Of a stretch of 64,000 nucleotides of DNA, positions 43,003 through 53,107 are shown one piece after another. Every line of letters begins with the position of its first letter. Position 1 is the stretch's first letter. The notes beneath the pieces are model-generated. The model was given only the letters and a program-made list of their open reading frames with translations. It did no database searches and was not told the DNA's origin. Source of the stretch: Spirochaetia bacterium UBA5763 (GTDB lineage: Bacteria; Spirochaetota; UBA4802; UBA5550); assembly GCA_002418835.1 (NCBI GenBank), contig DIEX01000026.1:72547-136546 (forward strand). The letters run 5' to 3'. The position numbers were made by a program, and so were the translations under genes.

Positions 43003-44952
43003 TCATGTATCATCTTCAGAAAGAGTGATAAGCCAGTCTTCTTCAGTAAGAGAAAACACCTTGCTCTTCGGGGGGTTCACATATATGCCGAAATTCTTTG
43101 TGATATCAGTCTCCTCGCTCTTAAGCCGCACTCCAAAACATGTTTCATTTCTTTTAATTGCCGCAGCACAAAGTTCTCCAAATGTAATGCTTTCCGGTAT
43201 ATACTTGAGAAATCTTGAAACAGGCTTAACGTAAACCTCGCTCCCCTCCTCGCTGAAAAGATCATCATATATCATGAGAACATCCGGCTCCTCAGATACC
43301 TGAGCATATATCTTGGAAACAAACTGGTTGGATATAAGAAAATCCTTTACACCAGCCTCCTGTATAACTTCAATATTCTCAGAATCAGCAACCTCCGTTA
43401 TCAGCTGAGTTGAAGTTTCTTTTTTCAATGAATTTTTAAAGTAGCCCCTGAACTGAAGGAGAGTCGCTATTGTTTCTGAATCACGGAGTTCTGAATCTCC
43501 GCCATCACCTGAGAGTATTATCACGTTATCATACTGTTCCGGTTTAAGTTTTTCAATTGTTGCGGGAGAATGGATATTACCCACAACGAGTTTCATCTTT
43601 ATTCCTGGATTCTTCTTCTGAATCGAAGCAAAATCCTTCTTCATAAATTCAAATATTTCAGGAACAACAACATCAATTCGTGAACCTTTTGCGAGATAGT
43701 TTCTGTATTCAGCAAGGATAGTAGGGGTTTTACCGCTCCACCCCACAATCAGTTGGTTCTCTATGGATTTCGGATGAGGCATGTAACCCTTTGATTCGAG
43801 CGGATTTACAGGAACCGGCTCTTTCAGAAATTTTATCACTGAATCGTCTTCGGCGAGAACAATGACTTCATCATCACCGCATACTTCGTCAGGCGATGGG
43901 TTGAGTTTTATAGTTCCGTCACTCATCCTGAGTCCCAGAACAGAACAGTCAGAAAAACGGAAGATTATCTCAGAATATTTCAATCCCTTAACACCCCCCT
44001 CCGGTTTATAAAAATAAAACTCGCACCCTTCGAATCCGACAAGATTGTCATAAACCTGCGCGAGGCCTGAAACACGGGATGTCTGAACCATTAATTTTGC
44101 AAGTATTGAATGCTCATCAATAATTGAAATTTTTTCCGGTAAGATGTTTTTTGCCAGGTTACGCATATTTTTATAATGAAACTCAGCAATTATAGGCGGG
44201 GCATTTTCCTCTCCAGTGCATGAAATTAATGCAAGAATTGTTTTAAGCACCCTTGCGTCAGCAAGGGTCTTCTGGTCATCTCCCGCATCTACTGCCGCAT
44301 CATTTAGTATAACAACCGATTTTGCCCCGGGAGCACTGACTTTGCGCAGCATAAATATACTCGACGTGGAACCTGACCGGGTAACAATCCTTGTATTCTT
44401 CGTATCTGGGAGACGTTCACGGAAAAAGTCATCCATTTCATCTTTCTCTTTCTCTGCCAGTACAACAATAGCAGGATTCTTTTCAGATTCATTTGCAATC
44501 ACCAACTCTCTTATTATTTCCAGAACACGGTCTCCAAAACCGAGGATAAGGGTGTGATTTTTTTCTGCAACATTACTCTTCCCTTTTCTTAACTCAGAAA
44601 GCTTGGCCTCAAACTGGCTGGTAATAAAAGCGACTAAACTTGAAAAAAGAATTAACCCGAGAAAAACCGTTATAATACCTGTAATTTTATTCAGCACATT
44701 CCCGTCTGAATCTTCTGCAATAGCACCGGCATCAGATATCTGCAGAAACTCCCGCCAGAATTGATCAAATATCCCGGTAAAATTCTCCTGCGGCGCTATG
44801 ATGTTAACAACAACCCGCACAACAGACATAAGTATAAATGCCCCGAAGAAGAGAAGTATAAGAGCTGCAAAAACAGAAAACCCTCCTTTGGACATGAAGT
44901 TATCAAACCTGTACTGAAGCCTGCCCTTCAGATTCAACTCGTGATCACCCAT
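43003..44952 (-). CDS. CASTOR/POLLUX-type (RCK/TrkA-like domain) putative ion channel
   Basis: I moved the start to the ATG at 44952 (AAGAGGTGG upstream). It has N-terminal TM helices and two NAD-fold-like modules (HTLILGFGDR and QLIVGWSGK). Confidence 0.6.
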   Translation of the reverse strand: MGDHELNLKGRLQYRFDNFMSKGGFSVFAALILLFFGAFILMSVVRVVVNIIAPQENFTGIFDQFWREFLQISDAGAIAEDSDGNVLNKITGIITVFLGLILFSSLVAFITSQFEAKLSELRKGKSNVAEKNHTLILGFGDRVLEIIRELVIANESEKNPAIVVLAEKEKDEMDDFFRERLPDTKNTRIVTRSGSTSSIFMLRKVSAPGAKSVVILNDAAVDAGDDQKTLADARVLKTILALISCTGEENAPPIIAEFHYKNMRNLAKNILPEKISIIDEHSILAKLMVQTSRVSGLAQVYDNLVGFEGCEFYFYKPEGGVKGLKYSEIIFRFSDCSVLGLRMSDGTIKLNPSPDEVCGDDEVIVLAEDDSVIKFLKEPVPVNPLESKGYMPHPKSIENQLIVGWSGKTPTILAEYRNYLAKGSRIDVVVPEIFEFMKKDFASIQKKNPGIKMKLVVGNIHSPATIEKLKPEQYDNVIILSGDGGDSELRDSETIATLLQFRGYFKNSLKKETSTQLITEVADSENIEVIQEAGVKDFLISNQFVSKIYAQVSEEPDVLMIYDDLFSEEGSEVYVKPVSRFLKYIPESITFGELCAAAIKRNETCFGVRLKSEETDITKNFGIYVNPPKSKVFSLTEEDWLITLSEDDT

Positions 44953-45079
44953 TGAACCACCTCTTAAAAAATATTGATATGACTGCTTGAAAAAATTCCC
45001 GGAAGTCTGAATTAAATTTACAGAGATTCTGTGGATAGTCAAATTTTAGCAGAAGATTTTATGAATGATCAAAAAGATT

Positions 45080-45511
45080 TTATACATCAAAAACTGTCTC
45101 GCCAATATAAAGATCATCCTCTTTATAAATTCTAAGTCTATGCATTGTCACAGCTTTTACATCAACTCTGAATATATGTTTATCACGAATAATTTTTTCA
45201 CCGGCAAGTCTGAAGCTGCATTTGTATTCTCCATTGTTTTCTATAACTGTTACACTTTCAGGAAGGAGGAGAATCCCATCTGCGTCCTTGAAAAAAAGGA
45301 TCTCATTAAGAAACTCAAAGTATAGAAGTTCAATATTATCCCCTGATATAACTCCTTCTTTTATTATAACCGGAGCAATCTCGCAGGAGTTCTCAACCAT
45401 CTCGCTCATCAGTGCTCTTCCGCTTTTTATAAAAAGATCATTGTAAGAGGAGCCCTTAACCCTTACAGCAACATCCGCGTGAGTTATATCTTCAATCAGT
45501 TCGTAATCCAT
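45080..45511 (-). CDS. Archease (RtcB activator)
   Basis: The protein begins MDYELIEDITHADVAVRVKGSSYNDLF and ends ..VKAVTMHRL. Its start lies 2 nt after the rtcB stop. Confidence 0.85.
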   Translation of the reverse strand: MDYELIEDITHADVAVRVKGSSYNDLFIKSGRALMSEMVENSCEIAPVIIKEGVISGDNIELLYFEFLNEILFFKDADGILLLPESVTVIENNGEYKCSFRLAGEKIIRDKHIFRVDVKAVTMHRLRIYKEDDLYIGETVFDV

Positions 45512-45512
45512 G

Positions 45513-46961
45513 CTACCCCTTTATGTTCCCAAGTGGTGTGAGCTTTGCAACAATTCTTCCCAGACCGCACTTCTCCGCTGAGGCAACAACTTCATCCACA
45601 TCCTTGTACGCACCCCCTGCCTCCTCCGCAAGTCCTGAATATGAAGCAGTGCGTATATATATATCTCTGGACTCCATGCTTTTCTGAAGTTCACGGCCAT
45701 TAAACCTGCTCTTTGCCTGGTGACGAGACATCACCCTGCCGCTGCCATGAACCGTGGTAAAGAACGTTTTCTCCGCAGCCTCTGTGCCGCACATAATGTA
45801 AGAGCCGGATTCCATGCTCCCCCCTATCAATACAGGCTGACCTACGGCGCGGTACTTCTCAGGTATTTCCCTGCTCCCCGGAGGGAATGCCCTTGTTGCG
45901 CCTTTTCTATGGATAAGCAGCTCCTTCATTTTACCGTTCACTTTATGTGTCTCAAGCTTAGCAGTGTTGTGACACACATCGTAAACAGTCTCAATCCGCA
46001 GCCCGCTCTTTTTACCGAAGATATCGAAGAGGATCTCCGCCACTCTGTGTTTGATAAGCTGCCTGTTGAGAAAAGCGATATTGATGGCGCAGTTCATCGC
46101 TTTAAAATAGCTCTGCCCCTCATCCGAATGGAACGGTGCGCAGGCAAGTTCCCTGTCCGGAGGGATATACCCGGAATTATTCTGCATGGAAGAAAAACTA
46201 CGGAGGTAATCTGTTGCAACCTGGTGCCCGAAACCCCGGCTGCCGGTGTGAATCATTATTGCAATGGAGTTATCCACCTCTATACCGAAAAGTTTTGCTG
46301 TTTCACTGTCATAAATATTCCCTTTATGCGCAACCTGAATCTCAAGGTAGTGATTCCCTGAGCCGAGAGATCCCACCTGGTGGGCACCCCGCTCCCTTGC
46401 CTTATTTGAAACACAGGCAGGATCTGCCTCCGCAATCTTTCCATTCTCCTCACAGCACTCTATGTCGTTTTTGTCGCCGTAACCATTCTTTACGCCCCAC
46501 TCAACACCGCCGATCATTGCATCGTCAAATTTCCCGCTTGAAAGTGAAATAATACCCTCAGAGCCCACGCCGGAGGGTATCCCCCTGAAAAAGGCATCAA
46601 CAATCTCTTTAATTTTCGGATGAACTTCATCATAAGTGAGATTCGTTGAAAGGAGCCTTACACCGCAGTTAATATCAAAGCCTATCCCGCCCGGGGAGAT
46701 AATTCCGGCAACAGGATCAATTGCCGCAACTCCGCCGATAGGGAATCCGTAACCGGAATGTCCGTCAGGCATGCATGCAGCTTCACCGATAATTCCCGGA
46801 AGTGTTGCAACGTTTGTTATCTGCGAGAATACGGCTTCATCCATGTCATTGATTAAAGCTTCTGATGCGTAAATCCTTGCTGGTACATTCATCCCCTTCT
46901 TTGCGTCTGAAGGGATTTCGTATATGTATTCATCTATTTTTTTTATAAAACCGCTTTTCAT
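45513..46961 (-). CDS. rtcB: RNA 3'-phosphate ligase RtcB
   Basis: Motifs include MPDGHSGYGFPIGGV, GFDINCGVR, GSGNHYLE, HTGSRGFGHQ and HGSGR. Confidence 0.95.
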   Translation of the reverse strand: MKSGFIKKIDEYIYEIPSDAKKGMNVPARIYASEALINDMDEAVFSQITNVATLPGIIGEAACMPDGHSGYGFPIGGVAAIDPVAGIISPGGIGFDINCGVRLLSTNLTYDEVHPKIKEIVDAFFRGIPSGVGSEGIISLSSGKFDDAMIGGVEWGVKNGYGDKNDIECCEENGKIAEADPACVSNKARERGAHQVGSLGSGNHYLEIQVAHKGNIYDSETAKLFGIEVDNSIAIMIHTGSRGFGHQVATDYLRSFSSMQNNSGYIPPDRELACAPFHSDEGQSYFKAMNCAINIAFLNRQLIKHRVAEILFDIFGKKSGLRIETVYDVCHNTAKLETHKVNGKMKELLIHRKGATRAFPPGSREIPEKYRAVGQPVLIGGSMESGSYIMCGTEAAEKTFFTTVHGSGRVMSRHQAKSRFNGRELQKSMESRDIYIRTASYSGLAEEAGGAYKDVDEVVASAEKCGLGRIVAKLTPLGNIKG

Positions 46962-47107
46962 GATTTTATCCGAATATGATAGATTTTATTACTATATCAA
47001 TATTTAATCAGATAATAAAGTAATTTCAACCTTAAAAAAAATGCGCCGGATTTCCCGGACGCATTTCGTTCTCTAATTTAAAAAATATATGTTTAACAAA
47101 ATTCTTC

Positions 47108-47944
47108 TTATTTTTTCTCTGAATAAATTATAGTCCCCACATGCTCTCCATTAAGTGCCCTCGTGATATTCCCCTCTTCAAGACCATTAATAATCTGGAT
47201 AGAGTTCACCACTTCACTATCCTGCAGAATTGTAAGGCATACCCTTTCAATAGCCAGATCCGGGAGATCTTTCTCTATGAGTTCCTCTGCGCTGATCTTC
47301 GGGATAAATACCGCGTCGGGATTCTTTTTAGGATCATCAGTAAAGAGCCCCTTCTCATCCTTAATAAATATGCAGTTCTTTGCGCCAATAAGATCAGCAA
47401 GAATTATTGTCCCTGAATCTGTGCGCAGATTCGGGATACGTCCGTTCTTCGATGGTATTGAAAATAGATCATACGGAGGCATAGCCGGGATTACCGGTAT
47501 TGCTTTCTGATCATAATAGAGAGACAATTCCAGAATCTGGTCAGAACCTATCTGTATACCTCCCCACTGAGAAAGAAGCGTTGCAACCATAAGCGCGTTC
47601 TGTTCAGAGATTGCGCTCCCGAACTTCCCCATCATACCTGTGGGCATCCCCAGCTCCATTCCCAGCGAGTATATATGCCTGCTCCTTGTTCCGCCGCCGG
47701 TAGTAACGAGCATCTTGTGCTTATCCCTGTTTGCTCCGATTTCAGCTACAACCTGAGGTAGAGCTTTCGCTCCTCTGTCAGAGATCGACTGACCCCCGAC
47801 TTTCATTATGTTAACATCAGGAAATAATTTCCTCTGAGGCGCGACATTCAGATTATTCAGAAGATCCTTCCCCATAAGACTTTCACCCATCAGTTTGCTT
47901 TTTATGTGCAAACGCTTCCCGTCTTTTTCACGTATCAGTGCCAT
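47108..47944 (-). CDS. Amino-acid-kinase-fold protein resembling molybdenum storage protein subunits (MosA/MosB-like)
   Basis: The blocks MKVGGQSISDRG, TTGGGTRSRH, EQNALM, MPPY, RTDSG, FIKDEKGLFTDDPKKNPDAVFIPKIS and NGLEEGNITRALNGEHVGTII match my recollection of the Azotobacter MoSto subunits better than PyrH. Confidence 0.5.
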   Translation of the reverse strand: MALIREKDGKRLHIKSKLMGESLMGKDLLNNLNVAPQRKLFPDVNIMKVGGQSISDRGAKALPQVVAEIGANRDKHKMLVTTGGGTRSRHIYSLGMELGMPTGMMGKFGSAISEQNALMVATLLSQWGGIQIGSDQILELSLYYDQKAIPVIPAMPPYDLFSIPSKNGRIPNLRTDSGTIILADLIGAKNCIFIKDEKGLFTDDPKKNPDAVFIPKISAEELIEKDLPDLAIERVCLTILQDSEVVNSIQIINGLEEGNITRALNGEHVGTIIYSEKK

Positions 47945-48067
47945 AATTCTCTCCGCAATTAATAATTATATATAGCAGTAATAACAATAGAATATAAACC
48001 CGCAGATTTTACTCAGCAGATTATCTTATTTTATCCAAATAACGGATAAACAATAACCGATAAAAAA

Positions 48068-48277
48068 TTAATCAACGTGCTTTTTTGTTTTCCTGTCATT
48101 TGTCAGAAGAACCAGTTCAGCTCCTGTAGCTGCTGCGATCTCTTCAAGTTCTGACTTTCTGAAATGTTCAGAAACGAACTGTAGTTCCATTTCATAAACA
48201 GCAGCAACAGCATATCTCGGTTTTTCCTCACCCTTCTCGACTTTTCTTCTTTCCCTGTAAAAAATTTTTCCAGCCAT
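48068..48277 (-). CDS. Small hypothetical protein (69 aa)
   Basis: This is an isolated ORF with non-repetitive, charged composition. I recognise no motif. Confidence 0.35.
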   Translation of the reverse strand: MAGKIFYRERRKVEKGEEKPRYAVAAVYEMELQFVSEHFRKSELEEIAAATGAELVLLTNDRKTKKHVD

Positions 48278-48401
48278 GATTTTCTCCTCTAAAACAGTAT
48301 TAATGTCCTCTATTTTATAAGAATAATATTTGCAACAACTTGTTACTTCACCGTTTTACGGCTGTTATTTGATATTTGTAATCTTAAGTGTTTTAAAAAT
48401 A

Positions 48402-48436
48402 AAAACGGGTTACAATATTTTATTATAACCCGTTTT
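48402..48436 (-). terminator. Rho-independent terminator of the 48513-49253 gene
   Basis: An 11-bp stem (aaaacgggtta / taacccgtttt) is present. Read on the minus strand it is followed by tttttattttt. Confidence 0.7.
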
Positions 48437-48512
48437 AACAATTAAAACTATTTAACAGAGAAAAAACAAACTTTTTGTCCTGAAAAATTACATTAAAAAA
48501 TTTTTTAAATTT

Positions 48513-49253
48513 TTAATATTTTCTAATCTCATCTTTGCTGAGATTTACCCAACCTGAACTTTCCGTCCTGTTTTTCTTCACAGGGAGTACGCATCGTCCG
48601 TCAAGAAGAACTGTCTTAATCCGCTCTTCAAGAGATATACTATCCCCTGGCCCGATTTTTTCTCCGCTTACATCCCTGATTTCATCAATATCATAATCAC
48701 GGAGAAGCTTTTCCACGGTAATTATCCTGTCGCTATCCTTCACATCAATCCACCCTTTGAACCTGCCGTTGTTTCCAGCGAGACGCAGGCCCACTCCCGC
48801 AAGGGCCCCTATTACACCGCCCCCTGTTCCGCCATGCTCTGAAAGATGAATTCCTGCATCAGCCGCAAGTTTAAAAGCACTCTCTTTATTCAGAACTTTG
48901 CAGGTGGCATCGCAGCCGAATCTTATGAGCCGTTCCTTTTCATTAATTCTGTCAGCTACAGCAACGCAAAGGCCGGGGTCAGATCCCTCTGCGCTGAGTT
49001 TTTCAAGAAGCTCCCCTGCATAAAGGATCATCTCGTCAATAAAACAGCTTTCTATTTCACCCTTGAAGCACATAGTGCTGTTATGCGAAGTATAGGGAAT
49101 TTCATCAGAGACAAAAAGCTGGTGACGGGTAATACGGGTAGTTTTTCCGCCGTAAATAGTTTCAATATCATGCCTGAGAATCTCGGCAAGGTGCCCTGTG
49201 CCTTTACTTTCAAGATTGTCTGTATCATCTATGCATACTAATATTTCAGTCAT
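48513..49253 (-). CDS. Conserved hypothetical protein with a TiaS-N-terminal-like 'IDDTD' start
   Basis: I moved the start to the ATG at 49253. The protein begins MTEILVCIDDTDNLESKGTGHLA and has a Gly-rich block HGGTGGGVIGALAGVG. The family is not confidently recognised. Confidence 0.45.
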   Translation of the reverse strand: MTEILVCIDDTDNLESKGTGHLAEILRHDIETIYGGKTTRITRHQLFVSDEIPYTSHNSTMCFKGEIESCFIDEMILYAGELLEKLSAEGSDPGLCVAVADRINEKERLIRFGCDATCKVLNKESAFKLAADAGIHLSEHGGTGGGVIGALAGVGLRLAGNNGRFKGWIDVKDSDRIITVEKLLRDYDIDEIRDVSGEKIGPGDSISLEERIKTVLLDGRCVLPVKKNRTESSGWVNLSKDEIRKY

Positions 49254-49429
49254 TATACTTACCTTAAAAATGCGTTCAATATTTAAAAAAATATGATCTC
49301 CAGGTATAGTCAAATACAATTATTACATGAAAAATGATTATTCATTGTATTTTTTTAAACCCCCTCTTTAAATGTGCATTAATATACAAATAATGAATAT
49401 ACCTGTCAGCAATTATCAAGGAGGACTCC

Positions 49430-50347
49430 ATGCCCGCAGAAAATATGAGCACAAAGGAAGTTGCCGAATACCTCGGCATAAACGAAAAACAGGTTTATGC
49501 TCTTATAAAGGCCAAAAGTATTCCATGCACCCGTGTAACAGGAAAGTGGGTTTTCCCGAAAAGGCTTATTGACAGGTGGATTACAACAAGCGCACTCAAA
49601 GAGGGCCCTGTCATTGATGAATCCGCGAGGAGTGCGTCAGAAGATCTTTACGCTGCCGGAAGCAATGACCCTGTGCTTGATATAGTCATTAATCACATGA
49701 AAAACGGTGACCCCGGAACACATATCTTTTCTTCAGTCACAGGGAGCACAGAGGGACTGCGCCTTCTCGGCACAGGCCTCACTGATATAGCATGGTGTCA
49801 CCTCGCGGATCCTGTTACAGGTGAATACGACCTTAAGATGCTCGAAAATCTTGCACCGCACAAAAAGATAGCCATAGTCCACCTCTTCCAGAGAGAACTG
49901 GGCTTTCTCCTCCACCCTGATTCAAAAGAAAAAAATATGAGCTTTTCAATTATTGCAGATAAAGAACTACGTTTCGTAAACAGGCAGGCCGGATCAGGAA
50001 CAAGAGTTGTAACGGATAAGATACTTGCGGAGGAGAAGATAAGCCGGGAATCTATTGACGGTTATATTACAGAAGTTAATACTCATCTTGAAGTCGGGCT
50101 TATGATAATAAGCGGAGAGAGCAATACCGGAATTGCAACAAGTGCAATTGCAAAAATACTGGGGCTTAAATTCATCCCGCTTATAAAAGAAAATTTTGAC
50201 ATGGTTGTTCTTCAGGAGACTTTTTTCAGAGACGAGGTGCAGCACTTTATTGAAACACTGAACTCTGATTCTTTCAGAAAGATGGTATCACATCTGGGGA
50301 ATTACGATTTCAGCAGGTCAGGTAAAATTATTTTTTCAACACCATGA
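49430..50347 (+). CDS. Transcriptional regulator with an excisionase/MerR-type HTH and a PBP-like ligand domain (TunR-like architecture)
   Basis: The HTH region is MSTKEVAEYLGINEKQVYALIKAKSIPCTRVTGKWVFPKRLIDRWI. A periplasmic-binding-protein-like domain of about 230 aa follows (RFVNRQAGSGTR). Confidence 0.55.
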   Translation: MPAENMSTKEVAEYLGINEKQVYALIKAKSIPCTRVTGKWVFPKRLIDRWITTSALKEGPVIDESARSASEDLYAAGSNDPVLDIVINHMKNGDPGTHIFSSVTGSTEGLRLLGTGLTDIAWCHLADPVTGEYDLKMLENLAPHKKIAIVHLFQRELGFLLHPDSKEKNMSFSIIADKELRFVNRQAGSGTRVVTDKILAEEKISRESIDGYITEVNTHLEVGLMIISGESNTGIATSAIAKILGLKFIPLIKENFDMVVLQETFFRDEVQHFIETLNSDSFRKMVSHLGNYDFSRSGKIIFSTP

Positions 50348-50480
50348 CCTGAAAAAAAATCAGGCAATTCAATTGTGGCACGGCATCTGTAATGAGATAT
50401 GACAATAAATTGCTTTAAAAAACTTCTTGAATACAGCCCTGTTTTTCAATATCATTAGAATAGTAACGGCGGAATAATAT

Positions 50481-50945
50481 ATGAAATTTATAAAAATCAG
50501 ATGCAGAAAATGCGGATATGAGCTTACAATACCTGAAACAACAACTTCAGTTATATGCGGCTCCTGTGGAGAGATAAACCGTTTCAGCAGATTAACCTCT
50601 CTGCTGAGAAAACAGAGCGATCTCCCCATTGAAACAAAATGGGAAGAAAGAACTCCCGCAATGCCTTCATCTTCAGGAAAAAGCATGGAGAGCAGAAACC
50701 AGGCAGCATCAGGAATTCCTGATTTTCAATCTTCTGATCATGACAGAGGAGAAAATATTCACCTGCCCGGAGAGGAAGAGGAAATCCCTGAACAGGGGAA
50801 CGCCACAAAATTAATGACACTGATATTTATTATTGCACCTTTTATTGCTATAGCTGTTGAACATTTTAAACTCCCTTCTTACGTCGCGATAATCGCCATT
50901 GCAGCAGTAATCATTCTTATATTTCTTCTAAAAAAAAGGTCTTGA
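50481..50945 (+). CDS. Zinc-ribbon protein with a C-terminal transmembrane anchor
   Basis: The zinc ribbon is CRKCGYEL..CGSCGE, and the C-terminal TM region is LMTLIFIIAPFIAIAV..IIAIAAVIILIFLL. Confidence 0.5.
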   Translation: MKFIKIRCRKCGYELTIPETTTSVICGSCGEINRFSRLTSLLRKQSDLPIETKWEERTPAMPSSSGKSMESRNQAASGIPDFQSSDHDRGENIHLPGEEEEIPEQGNATKLMTLIFIIAPFIAIAVEHFKLPSYVAIIAIAAVIILIFLLKKRS

Positions 50946-51005
50946 TAATAAAGATACAGCCCACTAAACAGGTAATTAGCATTTTATAATTATCTGAAAA
51001 AACTG

Positions 51006-52970
51006 ATGAAAGATATATTCGGCCCTGAAGGGTACCTTGACCTCGAACTCCCGGAATATGAATTCAGGGAGAGCCAGCTTGACATGGCGCGTTTCATCCA
51101 GGAACGTCTTGCTGATTCCGAAAATGGAATAGTTGAAGCAGGCACCGGCACAGGTAAAACCATGGCGTACCTTATTCCTGCCATAAGCCACGCTCTTGAA
51201 AGCGGCAAAAGAGTTGCGGTATCAACTGAAACACGAGCTCTCCAGAGGCAGCTCACTGACAAGGATATTCCTGTTGCTCAGAACATCTTCCGCAAGTACC
51301 TGGGATCAGACTTCAAGTTTTCTATATGCCTGGGGAGCGGAAACTACCCCTGCCGCAGACGATTTGAACGGTTTCTGAAAAGAGGTGATTTCGAAAAAGG
51401 GGACCTTGAATATCTGAACCGCGTAAGCGCTCTTTTCAGGGAGAGAAAGATATTTACATCGCACGAGGCGGATGTTCCTTCATACTTATGGGGAGAGATA
51501 TGCCGTGACTCCGAACTCTGCGATCAGCAGAGGTGCCCTGTATCATCAATCTGCCCTTTCCAGGCTGCACGGCGCGAGTGGTCATCTTCTGATCTGCTTG
51601 TGATGAATCACTATCTGTTCTTTTCGAACATCGCCTCAGGAAAAACATATCTCCCTGTTACAGAAACAGTGATCTTTGACGAGGCTCACTCTGTTGAAAA
51701 TATTGCTTCAAGGCAGCTCGGTTTTTCAATCGACTACGATCTGCTTCTATCTCTCCTGCAGCGGTTTCATCACCGCGGCAAGTGGGGAATTATAAATTCA
51801 TTTTCCAGCAGTGAAACTCGTGAAGAGGCAATCAACTCCATTGAGCTTATTGCCAAAGAGGCCAATATCTTCTTTGAAAAAGTCCGCTCCATCTTCAACG
51901 AGGGCGAAACAGTCCGGAGGATTAAAAAAGAACTTAACCTTGGTGAAAAGCTGGTACTCCAGATGGAAAAGTTCCTCTCAATTCTTGAAAAATGCGAGAA
52001 GGACTGTGAGGATGAGGACTTCCGCATGGAGTTTGAGCCAGCCCGGTCGCGCATAAAGGGATACTTCGAATCACTTAAATCATTCCTCATTCTGAGCCTT
52101 CCTGGCTATGTTTACTGGATCGAACGGACCGAGCGGGATCTCCTGGGGAATGTTTCACTTACCGCACGCCCAATCAGCATAGACAGCATAATGCGGTTCG
52201 AGGTCTTTGCATTTTACGAGTCTTCACTCTTTGTGTCCGCGACTCTCTCTGTAAAAAATGATTTTTCATTCTTTATTAACACAGTGGGTTTTGAGCGCGG
52301 TACCGGTATTGTACTTAAATCACCTTTTAATTATAAAGAGCAGATGGTAATCTATTTAGGAGCGGATCTCCCTTCACCGGAGGAACCCCGTTTCACAAAA
52401 GAGGCAGCAAAAGCTTCGGCAGAAATAATTAAAATCCTTGGAGGAAACTGTCTCCTCCTCTTCACTTCATACAATATGCTTAAAAGCATGAAGGCATTAC
52501 TTGAAGATCTTATCGATAATAAAATCTATTCCCAGGACGAGATGAGCGCGTCAAAGGCTCTTCACTCATATATGCGTCACCCGGGCGCAGTGCTCATGGG
52601 TACTCACTCCTTCTGGCAGGGGATCGACCTCCCGGGGGATCTTCTTAAAGGTGTAATCATTGCGCGCCTCCCCTTTGCAGTACCTGATACTCCAATCATG
52701 GAAGCCAAGGTGGAGAAAATTAAAAGTGAAGGAAAAAATCCTTTTGTATATCTGCAGATCCCTGATGCGGTGCTCAAAATGAAACAGGGCGCCGGAAGGC
52801 TTATCCGTCGCGGAACTGATAAAGGTGTTGTTGCTGTACTTGATTCAAGGATAAAGACAAAGGGCTATGGCGTTACCTTCGATTCATCTCTGCCTGAATG
52901 CTCTCGGGCCTTGACATTGAAAGAACTTACTGAAAATTATAAAAAGATTTTAAAAGCCAGGGAAAACTGA
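51006..52970 (+). CDS. dinG: DinG/XPD-family Fe-S ATP-dependent DNA helicase
   Basis: Walker A is EAGTGTGKT and the DEAH box is FDEAHS. The four-Cys Fe-S insert spans CLGSGNYPC..CRDSELCDQQRCP..CPF, and motif VI is QGAGRLIRR. Confidence 0.8.
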   Translation: MKDIFGPEGYLDLELPEYEFRESQLDMARFIQERLADSENGIVEAGTGTGKTMAYLIPAISHALESGKRVAVSTETRALQRQLTDKDIPVAQNIFRKYLGSDFKFSICLGSGNYPCRRRFERFLKRGDFEKGDLEYLNRVSALFRERKIFTSHEADVPSYLWGEICRDSELCDQQRCPVSSICPFQAARREWSSSDLLVMNHYLFFSNIASGKTYLPVTETVIFDEAHSVENIASRQLGFSIDYDLLLSLLQRFHHRGKWGIINSFSSSETREEAINSIELIAKEANIFFEKVRSIFNEGETVRRIKKELNLGEKLVLQMEKFLSILEKCEKDCEDEDFRMEFEPARSRIKGYFESLKSFLILSLPGYVYWIERTERDLLGNVSLTARPISIDSIMRFEVFAFYESSLFVSATLSVKNDFSFFINTVGFERGTGIVLKSPFNYKEQMVIYLGADLPSPEEPRFTKEAAKASAEIIKILGGNCLLLFTSYNMLKSMKALLEDLIDNKIYSQDEMSASKALHSYMRHPGAVLMGTHSFWQGIDLPGDLLKGVIIARLPFAVPDTPIMEAKVEKIKSEGKNPFVYLQIPDAVLKMKQGAGRLIRRGTDKGVVAVLDSRIKTKGYGVTFDSSLPECSRALTLKELTENYKKILKAREN

Positions 52971-53107
52971 AATGAATGCTGAATTTTTTAGCCCGCTCGG
53001 GTTGATTGATTTGCATGTATTATTAAAGGCCGGAATGGTCTGAGACATAATATCAGTTATTGAGACATATTTTTCTAACTGATTGGCGCCATGTCAGTCA
53101 GAACGGT

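Noticed and set aside
45720-46361. 213-aa and 138-aa plus-strand ORFs
   Set aside because: They lie entirely antisense to rtcB, whose catalytic motifs are unambiguous. The Pro/Arg/His-rich translations are typical of antisense frames.
45080-46961. RtcB-archease as part of a novel stress or defence system
   Set aside because: The pair is a well-known RNA repair and ligation module. No RtcR, RtcA or other unusual partner is adjacent in this window.
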